From a virus (lineage: Duplodnaviria > Caudoviricetes), in the IMG/VR virus record IMGVR_UViG_3300020045_012277, positions 1 through 53,007 of that record: DNA of 53,007 nucleotides. One strand, given 5' to 3'. Positions 8,723 to 17,253 of the stretch are shown here, piece by piece. Under the pieces are notes generated by a model. The model saw only the letters and a list, made by a program, of their open reading frames with translations. It did not search any database and was not told the origin of the DNA. The first letter of the stretch is position 1. Each line of letters starts with the position of its first letter. Both the position numbers and the translations under genes were made by a program.

Positions 8723-9921
8723 TACATTACAGCTTCTTCAAATTCTTTTTCAGTTTTTACATCCGTTTCAGTTTGTTTGAAAAGATCTCCCTGCCGTTCA
8801 TCGGGTTCTTCTTCTTCCTTCTCTACCGGCGTATAGTTACCTTCTTTATACAGGCTTACTTCTTCCCTGGCATTGTCCGTTGCGGTTTTCAATTCGTTCC
8901 ACCATTTGTAAGATGACAGGCTGTCAAGCGTTATCTCCGGACTTTTGATCTCCATCCAGCCGCCTGCAGAACTTACATACTTCATACCCGAAAGCCTGAT
9001 GGTATCATAACCCTTGCTTGCTTTTACCTTTACTCCATGCACACGGTAAAGCGATGTGAGTTCATCACCGTGCATCATATCAATATCCTCCACCTCAATT
9101 TTACTGTGTTTGAATACTTCATTAATACAAGCCAGGTGCACATTGAAGTTTGCAAATGCTGTAAGCAGTGAATCTTTTACAATACCGGACCCGGTAACAT
9201 TGTGCTGGTCGCCAATGCCGATCCCTTTAATTACTTCATACTTGTAATTGCAGAATTCATCTTTAATGGTAGCTTCTATAATGGAGAAGCTGCGGCCATC
9301 TTCGGTGAATTCCTCTTTTATCCAATGGTCAAAATAGGTGAGATAGAAATTTGCCAAATATTGGCTCAGATAATTTCCGATAGGTAAGCCAGGAGCACTA
9401 TCAATGATCTCATCTAACAACCATAACAGGTTATTATCTTTTATTTTCCTTCTTAATAATAATTTTAATATTTTATGATCAATGGAAGGATAGAATTTCC
9501 GTAGATCCATTTTTAAACAATACTGCGTACCAGGCACATCACGCAAAGCCTGTTTAACGGCATTTGCGGCGGCATGTATGCCTCTTCCTTTTATGCAACT
9601 AAAAGTATCTTTTGTAAAAACTGATACAAATACCGGCTCCAGCAAATTCATTATTGCATGATGAGTGATCCTGTCTGGAAAATAGGGAAGACGATAGATC
9701 ACTCTTTCTTTTGGTTCATGAACTGTAAAAATTGTATAAGCAGATGTTGAATAAATTTTATTGATCAGCTGAGTATGGAGAGTAAATAAATTAGATTCAC
9801 GATTAATATCATGTATCTGAATTCCATACTGCCAAGATTTACCTTTTCTTGCCTTTTTATCAGCCAGCAATAAATTTTCGATGCTGCAGATGTATTTATA
9901 TATGTTACTTATTCTTTGCAT
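8722..9921 (-). CDS. DGR reverse transcriptase N-terminal half (aa 1-204, no YxDD) fused in frame to an unrelated ~195 aa phage protein
   Basis: EPKERVIYRLPYFPDRITHHA, SCIKGRGIH, KMDLRKFYPSIDH, GLPIGNYLSQYLANFYL..FDHWIKEE; the sequence then switches to non-RT FTEDGRSF.. Confidence 0.9.
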   Translation of the reverse strand: MQRISNIYKYICSIENLLLADKKARKGKSWQYGIQIHDINRESNLFTLHTQLINKIYSTSAYTIFTVHEPKERVIYRLPYFPDRITHHAIMNLLEPVFVSVFTKDTFSCIKGRGIHAAANAVKQALRDVPGTQYCLKMDLRKFYPSIDHKILKLLLRRKIKDNNLLWLLDEIIDSAPGLPIGNYLSQYLANFYLTYFDHWIKEEFTEDGRSFSIIEATIKDEFCNYKYEVIKGIGIGDQHNVTGSGIVKDSLLTAFANFNVHLACINEVFKHSKIEVEDIDMMHGDELTSLYRVHGVKVKASKGYDTIRLSGMKYVSSAGGWMEIKSPEITLDSLSSYKWWNELKTATDNAREEVSLYKEGNYTPVEKEEEEPDERQGDLFKQTETDVKTEKEFEEAVM

Positions 9922-10135
9922 TATCGGCGCTTTGCTTTCAAAGACTCATCTTCGTTTTCACTACCAATGAATCATGTTATTGATTTATTTTTTGCCAAGA
10001 GGCAGGGTCTGCGCCGCATTTATTATTTCAGCAGAGGTGAGAGCTGACATTCGAATTCGAGTTCTGATTATCGTAGTCGTTGTACGACAGACTGGAACCT
10101 GAAGAAGGCCGCTCTTGCAGCACACCACCCATTCC
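9922..10135 (-). ncRNA. Putative DGR template RNA (TR plus spacer to the RT start)
   Basis: Non-coding interval holding TR, followed by ACCCTGCCTCTTGGCAAAAAAT..TTGGTAG..CGAAG, resembling DGR spacer sequences. Confidence 0.7.
10031..10105 (-). repeat. DGR template repeat (TR)
   Basis: 75 nt, AAC/AAT-rich, 19 adenines; differs from both VRs almost only at adenines. Confidence 0.95.
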
Positions 10136-10137
10136 TG

Positions 10138-10524
10138 CTATTTCAACAGAAAATATGTTTCATATAGTTTCAAAAATTGTTTACCTGCATATTCTGCCAG
10201 TTCTCTGCTTTTAAAGCAAAGGCGAGAGCCGACAGCCGAACCCGAGCCCCGATTATCGCAGACGTAGTACGACAGACCGGAACCCGAAGACAGGTCAAAC
10301 CATGGGTAGTATTTCCATTCACTACTATCCGACCAATTAGGTTTCCATGTGTTGTTATCATTATTCACTTTGTTCAATGCTTCGGTAATTATGATAAGCT
10401 TTGTATGCGCTATCATTGCATCCTGATGATGCTTTGGAAATGCAGAAAAATCGGGTAAGACTTTTACTGCATCTAATTTGAGTGCCTTACAAGCAGCTTC
10501 AAACGTTTTGATTTTTTGTGCCAT
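10138..10524 (-). CDS. DGR target protein 1
   Basis: Contains VR1; ends YYPWFDLSSGSGLS..VGSRLCFKSRELAEYAGKQF. Confidence 0.92.
   Translation of the reverse strand: MAQKIKTFEAACKALKLDAVKVLPDFSAFPKHHQDAMIAHTKLIIITEALNKVNNDNNTWKPNWSDSSEWKYYPWFDLSSGSGLSYYVCDNRGSGSAVGSRLCFKSRELAEYAGKQFLKLYETYFLLK
10216..10290 (-). repeat. DGR variable repeat VR1
   Basis: 14 substitutions at TR adenines plus one C>T near the 3' end. Confidence 0.95.
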
Positions 10525-10533
10525 TATTTTTAT

Positions 10534-10998
10534 TTATAGTGTGAAAAAATCTTCATATAGTTTCAAAAATTGTTTACCTGCATATTCTGCCAGTTCTCTG
10601 CTTTTAAAGCAAAGGCGAGAGCCGACACTCGAAGCCGAGTCCCGATTATCGTAGCCGTCGCACGACAGACCGGAACCCGAAGACAGGTCAAACCATGGGT
10701 AGTATTTGTACTGGTTGGGATTTTTCCAGTCAGGTTTCCAACCTTCATTTAAAATTTCTATTATTATTTTAAGGATTTTATATGCCATCTCATCAGGCGT
10801 ATCATTATCATTTACAATACTCGAAATTGTTATTCCCTTAATTTTAAAAGCATCTTCAGCAGTTTTTACACGATCCATTATCCCCTTTGTTTTAAATAAT
10901 TCCATTCCAAAAAGGTTTTCAAGAACTTTTTTTACATCAGGGCATCCATTGTTGTATGCTACGAGAGCATTTTCTTTTGTTATTTGTAAATTTTCCAT
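10534..10998 (-). CDS. DGR target protein 2 (paralog of target 1)
   Basis: Contains VR2; shares a 156 bp block (10552-10707 vs 10159-10314) with target 1. Confidence 0.92.
   Translation of the reverse strand: MENLQITKENALVAYNNGCPDVKKVLENLFGMELFKTKGIMDRVKTAEDAFKIKGITISSIVNDNDTPDEMAYKILKIIIEILNEGWKPDWKNPNQYKYYPWFDLSSGSGLSCDGYDNRDSASSVGSRLCFKSRELAEYAGKQFLKLYEDFFTL
10609..10683 (-). repeat. DGR variable repeat VR2
   Basis: 12 substitutions at TR adenines plus the same C>T near the 3' end. Confidence 0.95.
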
Positions 10999-11009
10999 CA
11001 GTTTGTTTT

Positions 11010-11753
11010 TTAAAACGGGGTTTTATTAAAAGGAATTCTCATTCCCGCATCAGCCACATGTACAGTTTTTCCGGTTGCTTCTTCCACTTCTGATTTAAAC
11101 CTTGCTGCATGGCTGTTGCTTTCGCTTAAATGGATCAGCACAATATTGTTGACAGCACTCAGGTCGTAGGATTGCAGCGTAAGCTTGCAGGTGGCCAGGC
11201 TCATGTGGCTGGTGATCACACGGTCCCTCAGAAACTTTGGATTCACACCATCGGCCAGCCGCTTATCAAGTATGGTTTGGCAGTAGTTGGCCTCAATGAT
11301 GATATTGTTAAGCCCTGCGAAATTGTACTCACAGTAATAACTATCCGTAAGGAATAGAACAGTGCCACATTCTTCATGCTGTACCAGGTAGCCAAGCGGT
11401 TCTTTGCAGTCGTGTTTTGTTTCAAAACATTTTACCAGGAAGCCACGCATCACAGCCGTTTTATCTATATCCATATATCTTGCCCTGTGGTGGGTAGCTG
11501 TTCCCATTTCACTATGCGTGCCTTCTGAGGCCCATACATTAATGCCGGCTGCCAGTACATCTTTCACCGCTTTGCAATGATCCTGGTGCTCATGTGTAAC
11601 AATACATCCCACTACTTTCAGCAGGTTATAACCAAGTGCCTGTTTTATCCGGTCAAACCGTACACCGCATTCAATGAGTAACGCTTCGCCGCTGCTGCTT
11701 TGCAGTATGTAAGCGTTACCCGCTGAATTGCTGTTGATGATGATTAATTCCAT
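11010..11753 (-). CDS. MBL-fold metallo-hydrolase (phage exonuclease, YycJ-like)
   Basis: SNSAGNAY, THEHQDH, HDCKEP, IEANY, HMS, HLS motifs; adjacent to RecT. Confidence 0.9.
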   Translation of the reverse strand: MELIIINSNSAGNAYILQSSSGEALLIECGVRFDRIKQALGYNLLKVVGCIVTHEHQDHCKAVKDVLAAGINVWASEGTHSEMGTATHHRARYMDIDKTAVMRGFLVKCFETKHDCKEPLGYLVQHEECGTVLFLTDSYYCEYNFAGLNNIIIEANYCQTILDKRLADGVNPKFLRDRVITSHMSLATCKLTLQSYDLSAVNNIVLIHLSESNSHAARFKSEVEEATGKTVHVADAGMRIPFNKTPF

Positions 11754-12559
11754 TAGAAGGGTGCTGCTGTTTCTGCAGCCGGTTGCTGATTATTTATTTT
11801 TGTTCCTACTACTTCAGCATTGTCAAAACTCATCGGCTTTGAGTTGCCGTTGTTTCTTACCTCTGCCATTACTTTATCCGCCGCATCTTCATCCACATCT
11901 GTTTCAATGGCGTTGGCCATTTCTACACTCAGGTAACCATATTTGCTCAGCAGGTTTCTCAATACCGTTTTCAATGCCATGGCATCAAACTCGTTTTTCC
12001 AGGGTGATCCGTTGAAGGAATAAGATTTAGAATACTTGGCAGCATGGGCCGTCACTCTTTCTTTGGTCATGTACAGGGTTTTGCTAAAGCCGTTCAGCAG
12101 TTCAAAATGTGCGAAGTAGCCTATCACGGTTTCGCTTTTCTTTTCACCGGTCAGGTCAAATTCACCCGTGAGCTTATTAGCGGTTTTATATTCACCTTCA
12201 TACACCACATCTGCATTCATAAACCTGTACTGCCCGGTACGCAGCGCTAATTGTATTAATCCTTTGTACCCGATCTGAAACTGTGGCACTCCTTTGTATG
12301 CCACTATCCAGGCAAAACCAAGGCTTTTATTAATAGGCAGTTTCAGAATGGCGGCTTTCATCGTTTGCATGATCACCTGCTTGGGATCACATTCCTGCAA
12401 ACTCTTTTCTCCCGCATACAGATCTATGATGGAGGCGGCAAATGCATTGCGGCTTTCACCAAGTGCATTCATCAGCTGGTTCTGTACATAATCTTCGTTG
12501 ATGGCAAGCTTCAGGGAGTCTATCCGCTGAATGGCCATGCTTTTGTTTTCTGTTGTCAT
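11753..12559 (-). CDS. recT: RecT-family single-strand annealing recombinase
   Basis: LPINKSLGFAWIVAY, QFQIGYKGLIQLALRTGQY, PWKNEFDAMALKTVLRNLL. Confidence 0.93.
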   Translation of the reverse strand: MTTENKSMAIQRIDSLKLAINEDYVQNQLMNALGESRNAFAASIIDLYAGEKSLQECDPKQVIMQTMKAAILKLPINKSLGFAWIVAYKGVPQFQIGYKGLIQLALRTGQYRFMNADVVYEGEYKTANKLTGEFDLTGEKKSETVIGYFAHFELLNGFSKTLYMTKERVTAHAAKYSKSYSFNGSPWKNEFDAMALKTVLRNLLSKYGYLSVEMANAIETDVDEDAADKVMAEVRNNGNSKPMSFDNAEVVGTKINNQQPAAETAAPF

Positions 12560-12591
12560 AATTTTTATTTGATTTGATTTTTAAAAAAGTT

Positions 12592-14604
12592 TTATACCTC
12601 TGCCATTTCTGCTTCAGATGCAGTTACCCTCAGCTTTTTATCTGATGCGGATACGATCAGGTTGATCAACTGGCAATCTGTTTCGGGCAGGTTGATCACA
12701 CTCTCCCGGTTATCTACCCATACCGGTGCCTGCACATCGTAGTATTCAGAAAGTGTATTGATGATATCAAGACCAGCCTGAATTTTTGCAGCAGTGTTAG
12801 CATCAGCATAGGGCACACCGTTGATCAGCGTGGTGCAGGCTTCTGTCTGTCCTCCGTTTATTTGCTCTTCAAACATTTTGAAACGAACTATTTTGAAACG
12901 GCCATTGATACGGTTTTCCAGTGTGTCCATCTTTGCTTTGGTAAACTGTTCTATGGAGAATTCAACACCTTCAAGACCGGCAAGCTCCTGCGCCATGGTG
13001 GCTTCCTGCGTTTGCAGTTCATCAATTCTTGCCAGTTGTTTTTCACGCTGGCCCCTGGCAGATAAGATCTGTTTCAGATCGTCCACCTGCGCCTGCAGTT
13101 CTTTTTTACGTTGTAGCAGGGCACTGTTATCATCTGCTTTGTATGGAGTATTTATTTGTACGTTCAGCGTTTCTATCTGTTCCAGATGTGTGCTGTATTC
13201 AATATTGGCAGCAATCGCATCTTTCACCTGCTGATCTTCCGCATTGCTTAGCCTGGCATGTTCTGCTTCCAGCGTTGCAATATCATTTTGCAATGTTTCT
13301 ATTTCAGCTTTCAGCAAACTGCCCGCTTCTTTTGTGTTTGCTAATTTTGCTTGCAGCACGGTTATTTCATCGGCAAGCAATTTTCCTGCATCTACTATTT
13401 CATCAAGGCGTTTTGATTTATTGCTGTTGAAGTTGGCGGTCAATTCTGCTTTTTTTGCCTCCACATCATTGGTTTCATAGGCTCTTTTGCAGGCCGGACA
13501 ATGAAATTCTTTATCATTAAAAATTAATTCCTCTTTTGCAACGGTTTCCCAACGATTGACAAGCTCTTCTTTTTCTTTCTCAATTTTGCTTAGTTTTTCT
13601 GCGTCTTTGTTGTAGTTTACAAGCAGATCATTTTTTGCATCCTGCTTACTGCGGAGGGCAGATTTTTTATTGATAATGAACTGCTGCCTGTCACGGCTTA
13701 TTTGCTGCACATTATTTTTTACTTCAAATTCTATTTGCTGATTGCGTGCCCGCAGATCACCGGCTTCTTTTATTTTTTCTGTGATGGATTGCTGGTGTGC
13801 TTTTGCTGCCTGTGATTTATTCATCAGCAAGCTGTCCACGTTTTCTATATCAGCATTCAGCGCCGTTATTTCTGCTTCTGCCTGGCTATAATCTTTTTCT
13901 TCAGGTAAGGCCCTGTTTGCTTCTTCAATACGTGAGGGAAGGAGGATCAGTTCATCTTTCAGCTTTTTCTTTTTAGCAGAAATTTCTTTTTTAAATTCAT
14001 CTATTGTTTTGTCTGCTTTCAAGGCATTGATCAGTTGTGTAAAATCATAGCTGGTTCCATTATTCAGTATCTCATCCAGGACAGCATCATCTGAAATATT
14101 TCCGGCCATTTGCATCAGCACTGCACGGCGGTCCTGCCATTTCAGGCTATTGAAATACATGGTATTGGTGATCAGTTTAAAAAGCTTTTCATCCAGCAGG
14201 GTAGCGATCTTTGCCTGGTATTCTTCCTGCTTCATCGGTACATCATTCCAGAAGTATGCTGTTTCATGTCCGCTGAATTCGCTTTCTGTGGATCCTCTTT
14301 TCTTTGTCCATTTTTCTCTGAAGCTGCGGCGCAGTTGTATTTCATTTCCGTTTACAAGCAGCACTGCTTCTACTTCGTGATCCAGTTTGTGAAAGGGTTG
14401 ATTGTTTGCATCCAGGGTTTTAATTTCAAAATCTTTCCTGTCTGTGCTGTCTTTTCCAAACAGCAACCATAGGAAAGCGTCCATTAACGTGGTTTTTCCG
14501 GTGGCATTTTCGCCAAAGATGTTTGTGATGTGTGTAAACAGGATGGTAAATGACCGGATCCCTTTGAAGTTGGATAGACTGAGTTTTTTAATTTCAATTT
14601 TCAT
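12592..14604 (-). CDS. SbcC/Rad50-like AAA ATPase
   Basis: LSNFKGI, GENATGKTT, long coiled coil with CPAC zinc hook, VWVDNRESV. Confidence 0.88.
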   Translation of the reverse strand: MKIEIKKLSLSNFKGIRSFTILFTHITNIFGENATGKTTLMDAFLWLLFGKDSTDRKDFEIKTLDANNQPFHKLDHEVEAVLLVNGNEIQLRRSFREKWTKKRGSTESEFSGHETAYFWNDVPMKQEEYQAKIATLLDEKLFKLITNTMYFNSLKWQDRRAVLMQMAGNISDDAVLDEILNNGTSYDFTQLINALKADKTIDEFKKEISAKKKKLKDELILLPSRIEEANRALPEEKDYSQAEAEITALNADIENVDSLLMNKSQAAKAHQQSITEKIKEAGDLRARNQQIEFEVKNNVQQISRDRQQFIINKKSALRSKQDAKNDLLVNYNKDAEKLSKIEKEKEELVNRWETVAKEELIFNDKEFHCPACKRAYETNDVEAKKAELTANFNSNKSKRLDEIVDAGKLLADEITVLQAKLANTKEAGSLLKAEIETLQNDIATLEAEHARLSNAEDQQVKDAIAANIEYSTHLEQIETLNVQINTPYKADDNSALLQRKKELQAQVDDLKQILSARGQREKQLARIDELQTQEATMAQELAGLEGVEFSIEQFTKAKMDTLENRINGRFKIVRFKMFEEQINGGQTEACTTLINGVPYADANTAAKIQAGLDIINTLSEYYDVQAPVWVDNRESVINLPETDCQLINLIVSASDKKLRVTASEAEMAEV

Positions 14605-14644
14605 ACCTTTGATTATTATTTGTTATAAAATAGATTTGATTTTT

Positions 14645-14679
14645 AAAGGACCCGCCGACTCGTAATCAGCGGGTCTTTT
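14645..14679. terminator. Hairpin, possibly bidirectional terminator
   Basis: AAAGGACCCGC-N13-GCGGGTCTTTT. Confidence 0.6.
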
Positions 14680-14682
14680 GTT

Positions 14683-14796
14683 TTAGGCTTCGCCGCCAAG
14701 TTCTTCACCAGTTTCTGAAGTCGTTTCTTCAGTAGTGGTTTCTTCCGGTGTTTCTTCACCGTCTTTTGGGTCTTTGTAGTTCGTGTACTTTTTCAT
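14683..14796 (-). CDS. Acidic 37 aa microprotein
   Basis: MKKYTNYKDPKDGEETPEETTTEETTSETGEELGGEA; A-rich leader; followed by hairpin; below ORF-track cutoff. Confidence 0.6.
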   Translation of the reverse strand: MKKYTNYKDPKDGEETPEETTTEETTSETGEELGGEA

Positions 14797-14818
14797 TTAT
14801 GATTATTGATTTGGTGAC

Positions 14819-15124
14819 TTAATTAATTGCCCAATAAAGTTTCCAGGGCTCATCACAGATCGTTGATGTGTCTTTTACATGATCCAGATACCAGTTAAGA
14901 TCCGGTTGCATTATCACACCAAAATCTTTTACCAATTCTGTTCTGATATATTTCCATTCAGCTGTGTTATTGAATACTTTTTTGTACTGCTTTACGATTG
15001 CACTTTCAGGTCTTGGGTTATTTACATAGGTTACTTTGGTGCATCCAAACATGCAGATCAGCACGAATACAACTATTAATAAGAGGCAACCGCCATAACC
15101 GTCTTGTTTGTTTTGTGTTTTCAT
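14819..15124 (-). CDS. Putative lipoprotein
   Basis: Hydrophobic stretch ending ICMFG-C. Confidence 0.65.
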   Translation of the reverse strand: MKTQNKQDGYGGCLLLIVVFVLICMFGCTKVTYVNNPRPESAIVKQYKKVFNNTAEWKYIRTELVKDFGVIMQPDLNWYLDHVKDTSTICDEPWKLYWAIN

Positions 15125-15327
15125 CTTACATGTTTTTTATCAGGGTTGTCACCGCAAAAACGTGGGTCCGGTGTTGGAAATGCTTCGTCAAGTTCTTGCT
15201 GTGAAAATTTTTTATCATTCCATCTGTAAAAAGATTTGCCACCATGAATGCAAAAGGTGAAATCAAACATCTTTACTGATCTGTTTTTTACATAATCGGA
15301 AACGGTTATTTGTTTTAATGCAGGCAT
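15121..15327 (-). CDS. Hypothetical protein
   Basis: 68 aa, ATGA overlap with next gene. Confidence 0.7.
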   Translation of the reverse strand: MPALKQITVSDYVKNRSVKMFDFTFCIHGGKSFYRWNDKKFSQQELDEAFPTPDPRFCGDNPDKKHVR

Positions 15328-15529
15328 ATTATTTTGGTTTAATAATTTTTAAAGAGACCCCGATGTGGAAACACCGGGGGATTTTTACCCTAACTAATCG
15401 CTATGAAAACGATCTTTAAAAGCGGCCACCATTCGCCGGGATGACCGCTTTACTGCTGAACAATTCACTCCGGAAGGGCAACCAGATCCCTTGTTTTTTA
15501 AATTGAGTCAGCAGAATTATTTTAAAGAA

Positions 15530-15655
15530 CTATTGATCTATTCCGTGCCGTCTGAAAAAATCTGTTCTGTCGTTTCCGAAATTTTTAATTTTGAAAATCA
15601 TCCACACTGAAAACAATACCACTATTACGAATACTGCGATCAGAATAATTTTCAT
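15530..15655 (-). CDS. Small membrane protein (41 aa)
   Basis: MKIILIAVFVIVVLFSVWMIFKIK..; ATGA overlap with upstream gene. Confidence 0.6.
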   Translation of the reverse strand: MKIILIAVFVIVVLFSVWMIFKIKNFGNDRTDFFRRHGIDQ

Positions 15656-15948
15656 CCTACTTTTTTTAGTTGGTTAAGTGTTGAGTTTTCCAATACAAAG
15701 TTTTCCAGGTCTTTCAGGTAGAATCTGTATTCCTTACCCGTTTTGCTCACGTTAAAATTCCCTTTGCGTAACACTGTTCTTTCCATCAGTGCAGATTCTT
15801 TCAATCCGGTTATTTCCATAGCTGCTTCTTTACTTACCCATTTTGGTTTGATGGCCATATCCATTTTCACAATTAGGAGCTGCTTTAAGTCTTTCAACTC
15901 TTTTTCCATTTTCATTTGCCGGTTCAGTATCATTTCCAGTTCTGCCAT
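15652..15948 (-). CDS. Excisionase-like helix-turn-helix protein
   Basis: WVSKEAAMEITGLKESAL..GKEYRFYLKDLENFV; in the early lytic operon. Confidence 0.7.
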   Translation of the reverse strand: MAELEMILNRQMKMEKELKDLKQLLIVKMDMAIKPKWVSKEAAMEITGLKESALMERTVLRKGNFNVSKTGKEYRFYLKDLENFVLENSTLNQLKKVG

Positions 15949-15950
15949 TG

Positions 15951-16091
15951 TTAGTTCAGTTGTGATCTGAATAATTCATATTGAGCAATAGCCTTTCTCA
16001 TCTGTTTCCAGGTAAAGAAGGGAATATTGTTTGCCAGGGCCCATTGTTTAATGGGCTTCAAGTAGGCAATTGCTTTATAACTTATTTCCAT
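15951..16091 (-). CDS. Hypothetical 46 aa protein
   Basis: MEISYKAIAYLKPIKQWALANNIPFFTWKQMRKAIAQYELFRSQLN; ends 2 nt before the next start. Confidence 0.55.
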   Translation of the reverse strand: MEISYKAIAYLKPIKQWALANNIPFFTWKQMRKAIAQYELFRSQLN

Positions 16092-16161
16092 GATTATTTT
16101 TTAATGACCAAAATCATATACCATACAACTAAGTGGGTATTGTTTTCGGGTGAAAAATGTG

Positions 16162-16395
16162 TTACCTTGCTTGACTTACTTCCTCGTTAGATTCTTGCTC
16201 TATTACATCCTCGGGCTTTAATCCCAAATGATCGGCAACCATTACCACGATGCTGTATTGGTTTAAATTGTTACTGTTCCTGTCCAATGTAACCGGTAAA
16301 GAAGTTGGCTTTAATTTCAGAGCTTTCGACACTAATGCAAAGAGGTCTGGGTCCGATTTAATCTTATCCAAAACCTCTTGTTTAAACTTTGCCAT
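16162..16395 (-). CDS. Cro-like regulator
   Basis: 77 aa, divergent from cI, first gene of the early operon. Confidence 0.65.
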   Translation of the reverse strand: MAKFKQEVLDKIKSDPDLFALVSKALKLKPTSLPVTLDRNSNNLNQYSIVVMVADHLGLKPEDVIEQESNEEVSQAR

Positions 16396-16419
16396 GTGAA
16401 TTGTTTTTCGTTAAATTTG
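16388..16419 (+). promoter_or_regulatory. Bacteroidota sigma-A-type promoter for the cI operon
   Basis: TTTG(16388)-N20-TAAATTTG(16412). Confidence 0.65.
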
Positions 16420-16443
16420 AATTGTTATAACACTAAGACATAA

Positions 16444-16476
16444 CAAATATACAAAACAATATTTCGTGTTTCCAAA
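16444..16476 (-). promoter_or_regulatory. Bacteroidota sigma-A-type promoter for the cro/early operon
   Basis: Minus strand TTTG-N21-TATATTTG. Confidence 0.7.
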
Positions 16477-16492
16477 TATTTTACGAAATATT
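16458..16492. promoter_or_regulatory. Putative repressor operator (inverted repeat)
   Basis: AATATTTCGT-N15-ACGAAATATT overlapping the early promoter. Confidence 0.55.
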
Positions 16493-16528
16493 TTTCCAGT
16501 TTTTATTTCGCATGAAAATCAATTACTT

Positions 16529-17242
16529 GTGAGTAGGCCAGAAGAAATTTTAAGAATTGCAAGAGAAAAAGCTCGTTATACACAAGCTGAAATATCAGAG
16601 AAATTAGGTATTTCCAGCAGGCATTATCAGAATATTGAAGAGGGAAAATTCCCAAAATTTAAGGGGGATATTATTAAGAGTATTGATAAGTTACTCAACT
16701 TACATCTTTACGAAATAATTTATGAACAAAAAGTTCCACGTGAAGTCGGTCATCTTGAATTGCAGGAAGATCAGCCCGCCTACTTTCAGGACCACAAAAC
16801 CCGTTCCCGGTCAATAAGGCTTAATCTTAAACACGGCAGTAAGCCTATCCCGGTTTTCAACGGCAAAGCCTCTGCTGGTTCCATACAGCTTGTAAATGAT
16901 GAGCCTGAAGTTATCCTGGGATATATAGATTATCCGGAAATAGGTCGTACAGATGGCACGGCAGAGGTAGTAGGGCATAGCATGTACCCTACCTTCAGCA
17001 ACGGCACCAGGGTAGCCATAAAAAAGGTTGAAGATTTCGACATGCTGGTTCCCGGCAATTACTACTGGTATATAGATAAAGAATTTAACGGCTATGTAAA
17101 AAGACTTGGCAGAAAGATGAAAGAAGGTATTGTTACCTGGTTCAGCGACAATCCGGATCAGGATAAATTCCCGCCGTATGACATTAAGCTGTCAAAGGTG
17201 CTGGCGGTTTTTAAAGTGGTGGCTGATGTAAATAAGAGGTAA
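16529..17242 (+). CDS. cI: CI-like repressor (XRE HTH plus S24 autopeptidase)
   Basis: LRIAREKARYTQAEISEKLGISSRHYQNIEEG; VVGHSMYP (Ser) and YVKRL (Lys); GTG at 16529 preferred over the ORF-track start 16466. Confidence 0.9.
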   Translation: MSRPEEILRIAREKARYTQAEISEKLGISSRHYQNIEEGKFPKFKGDIIKSIDKLLNLHLYEIIYEQKVPREVGHLELQEDQPAYFQDHKTRSRSIRLNLKHGSKPIPVFNGKASAGSIQLVNDEPEVILGYIDYPEIGRTDGTAEVVGHSMYPTFSNGTRVAIKKVEDFDMLVPGNYYWYIDKEFNGYVKRLGRKMKEGIVTWFSDNPDQDKFPPYDIKLSKVLAVFKVVADVNKR

Positions 17243-17253
17243 ATCGTTTAACC

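Noticed and set aside
8722-9921. Group II intron, retron or Abi-type RT
   Set aside because: The SQ motif and the adjacent TR/VR pair identify a DGR RT
10159-10707. CRISPR array or assembly duplication
   Set aside because: Only three related copies, mismatches confined to TR adenines, and flanking gene parts are distinct
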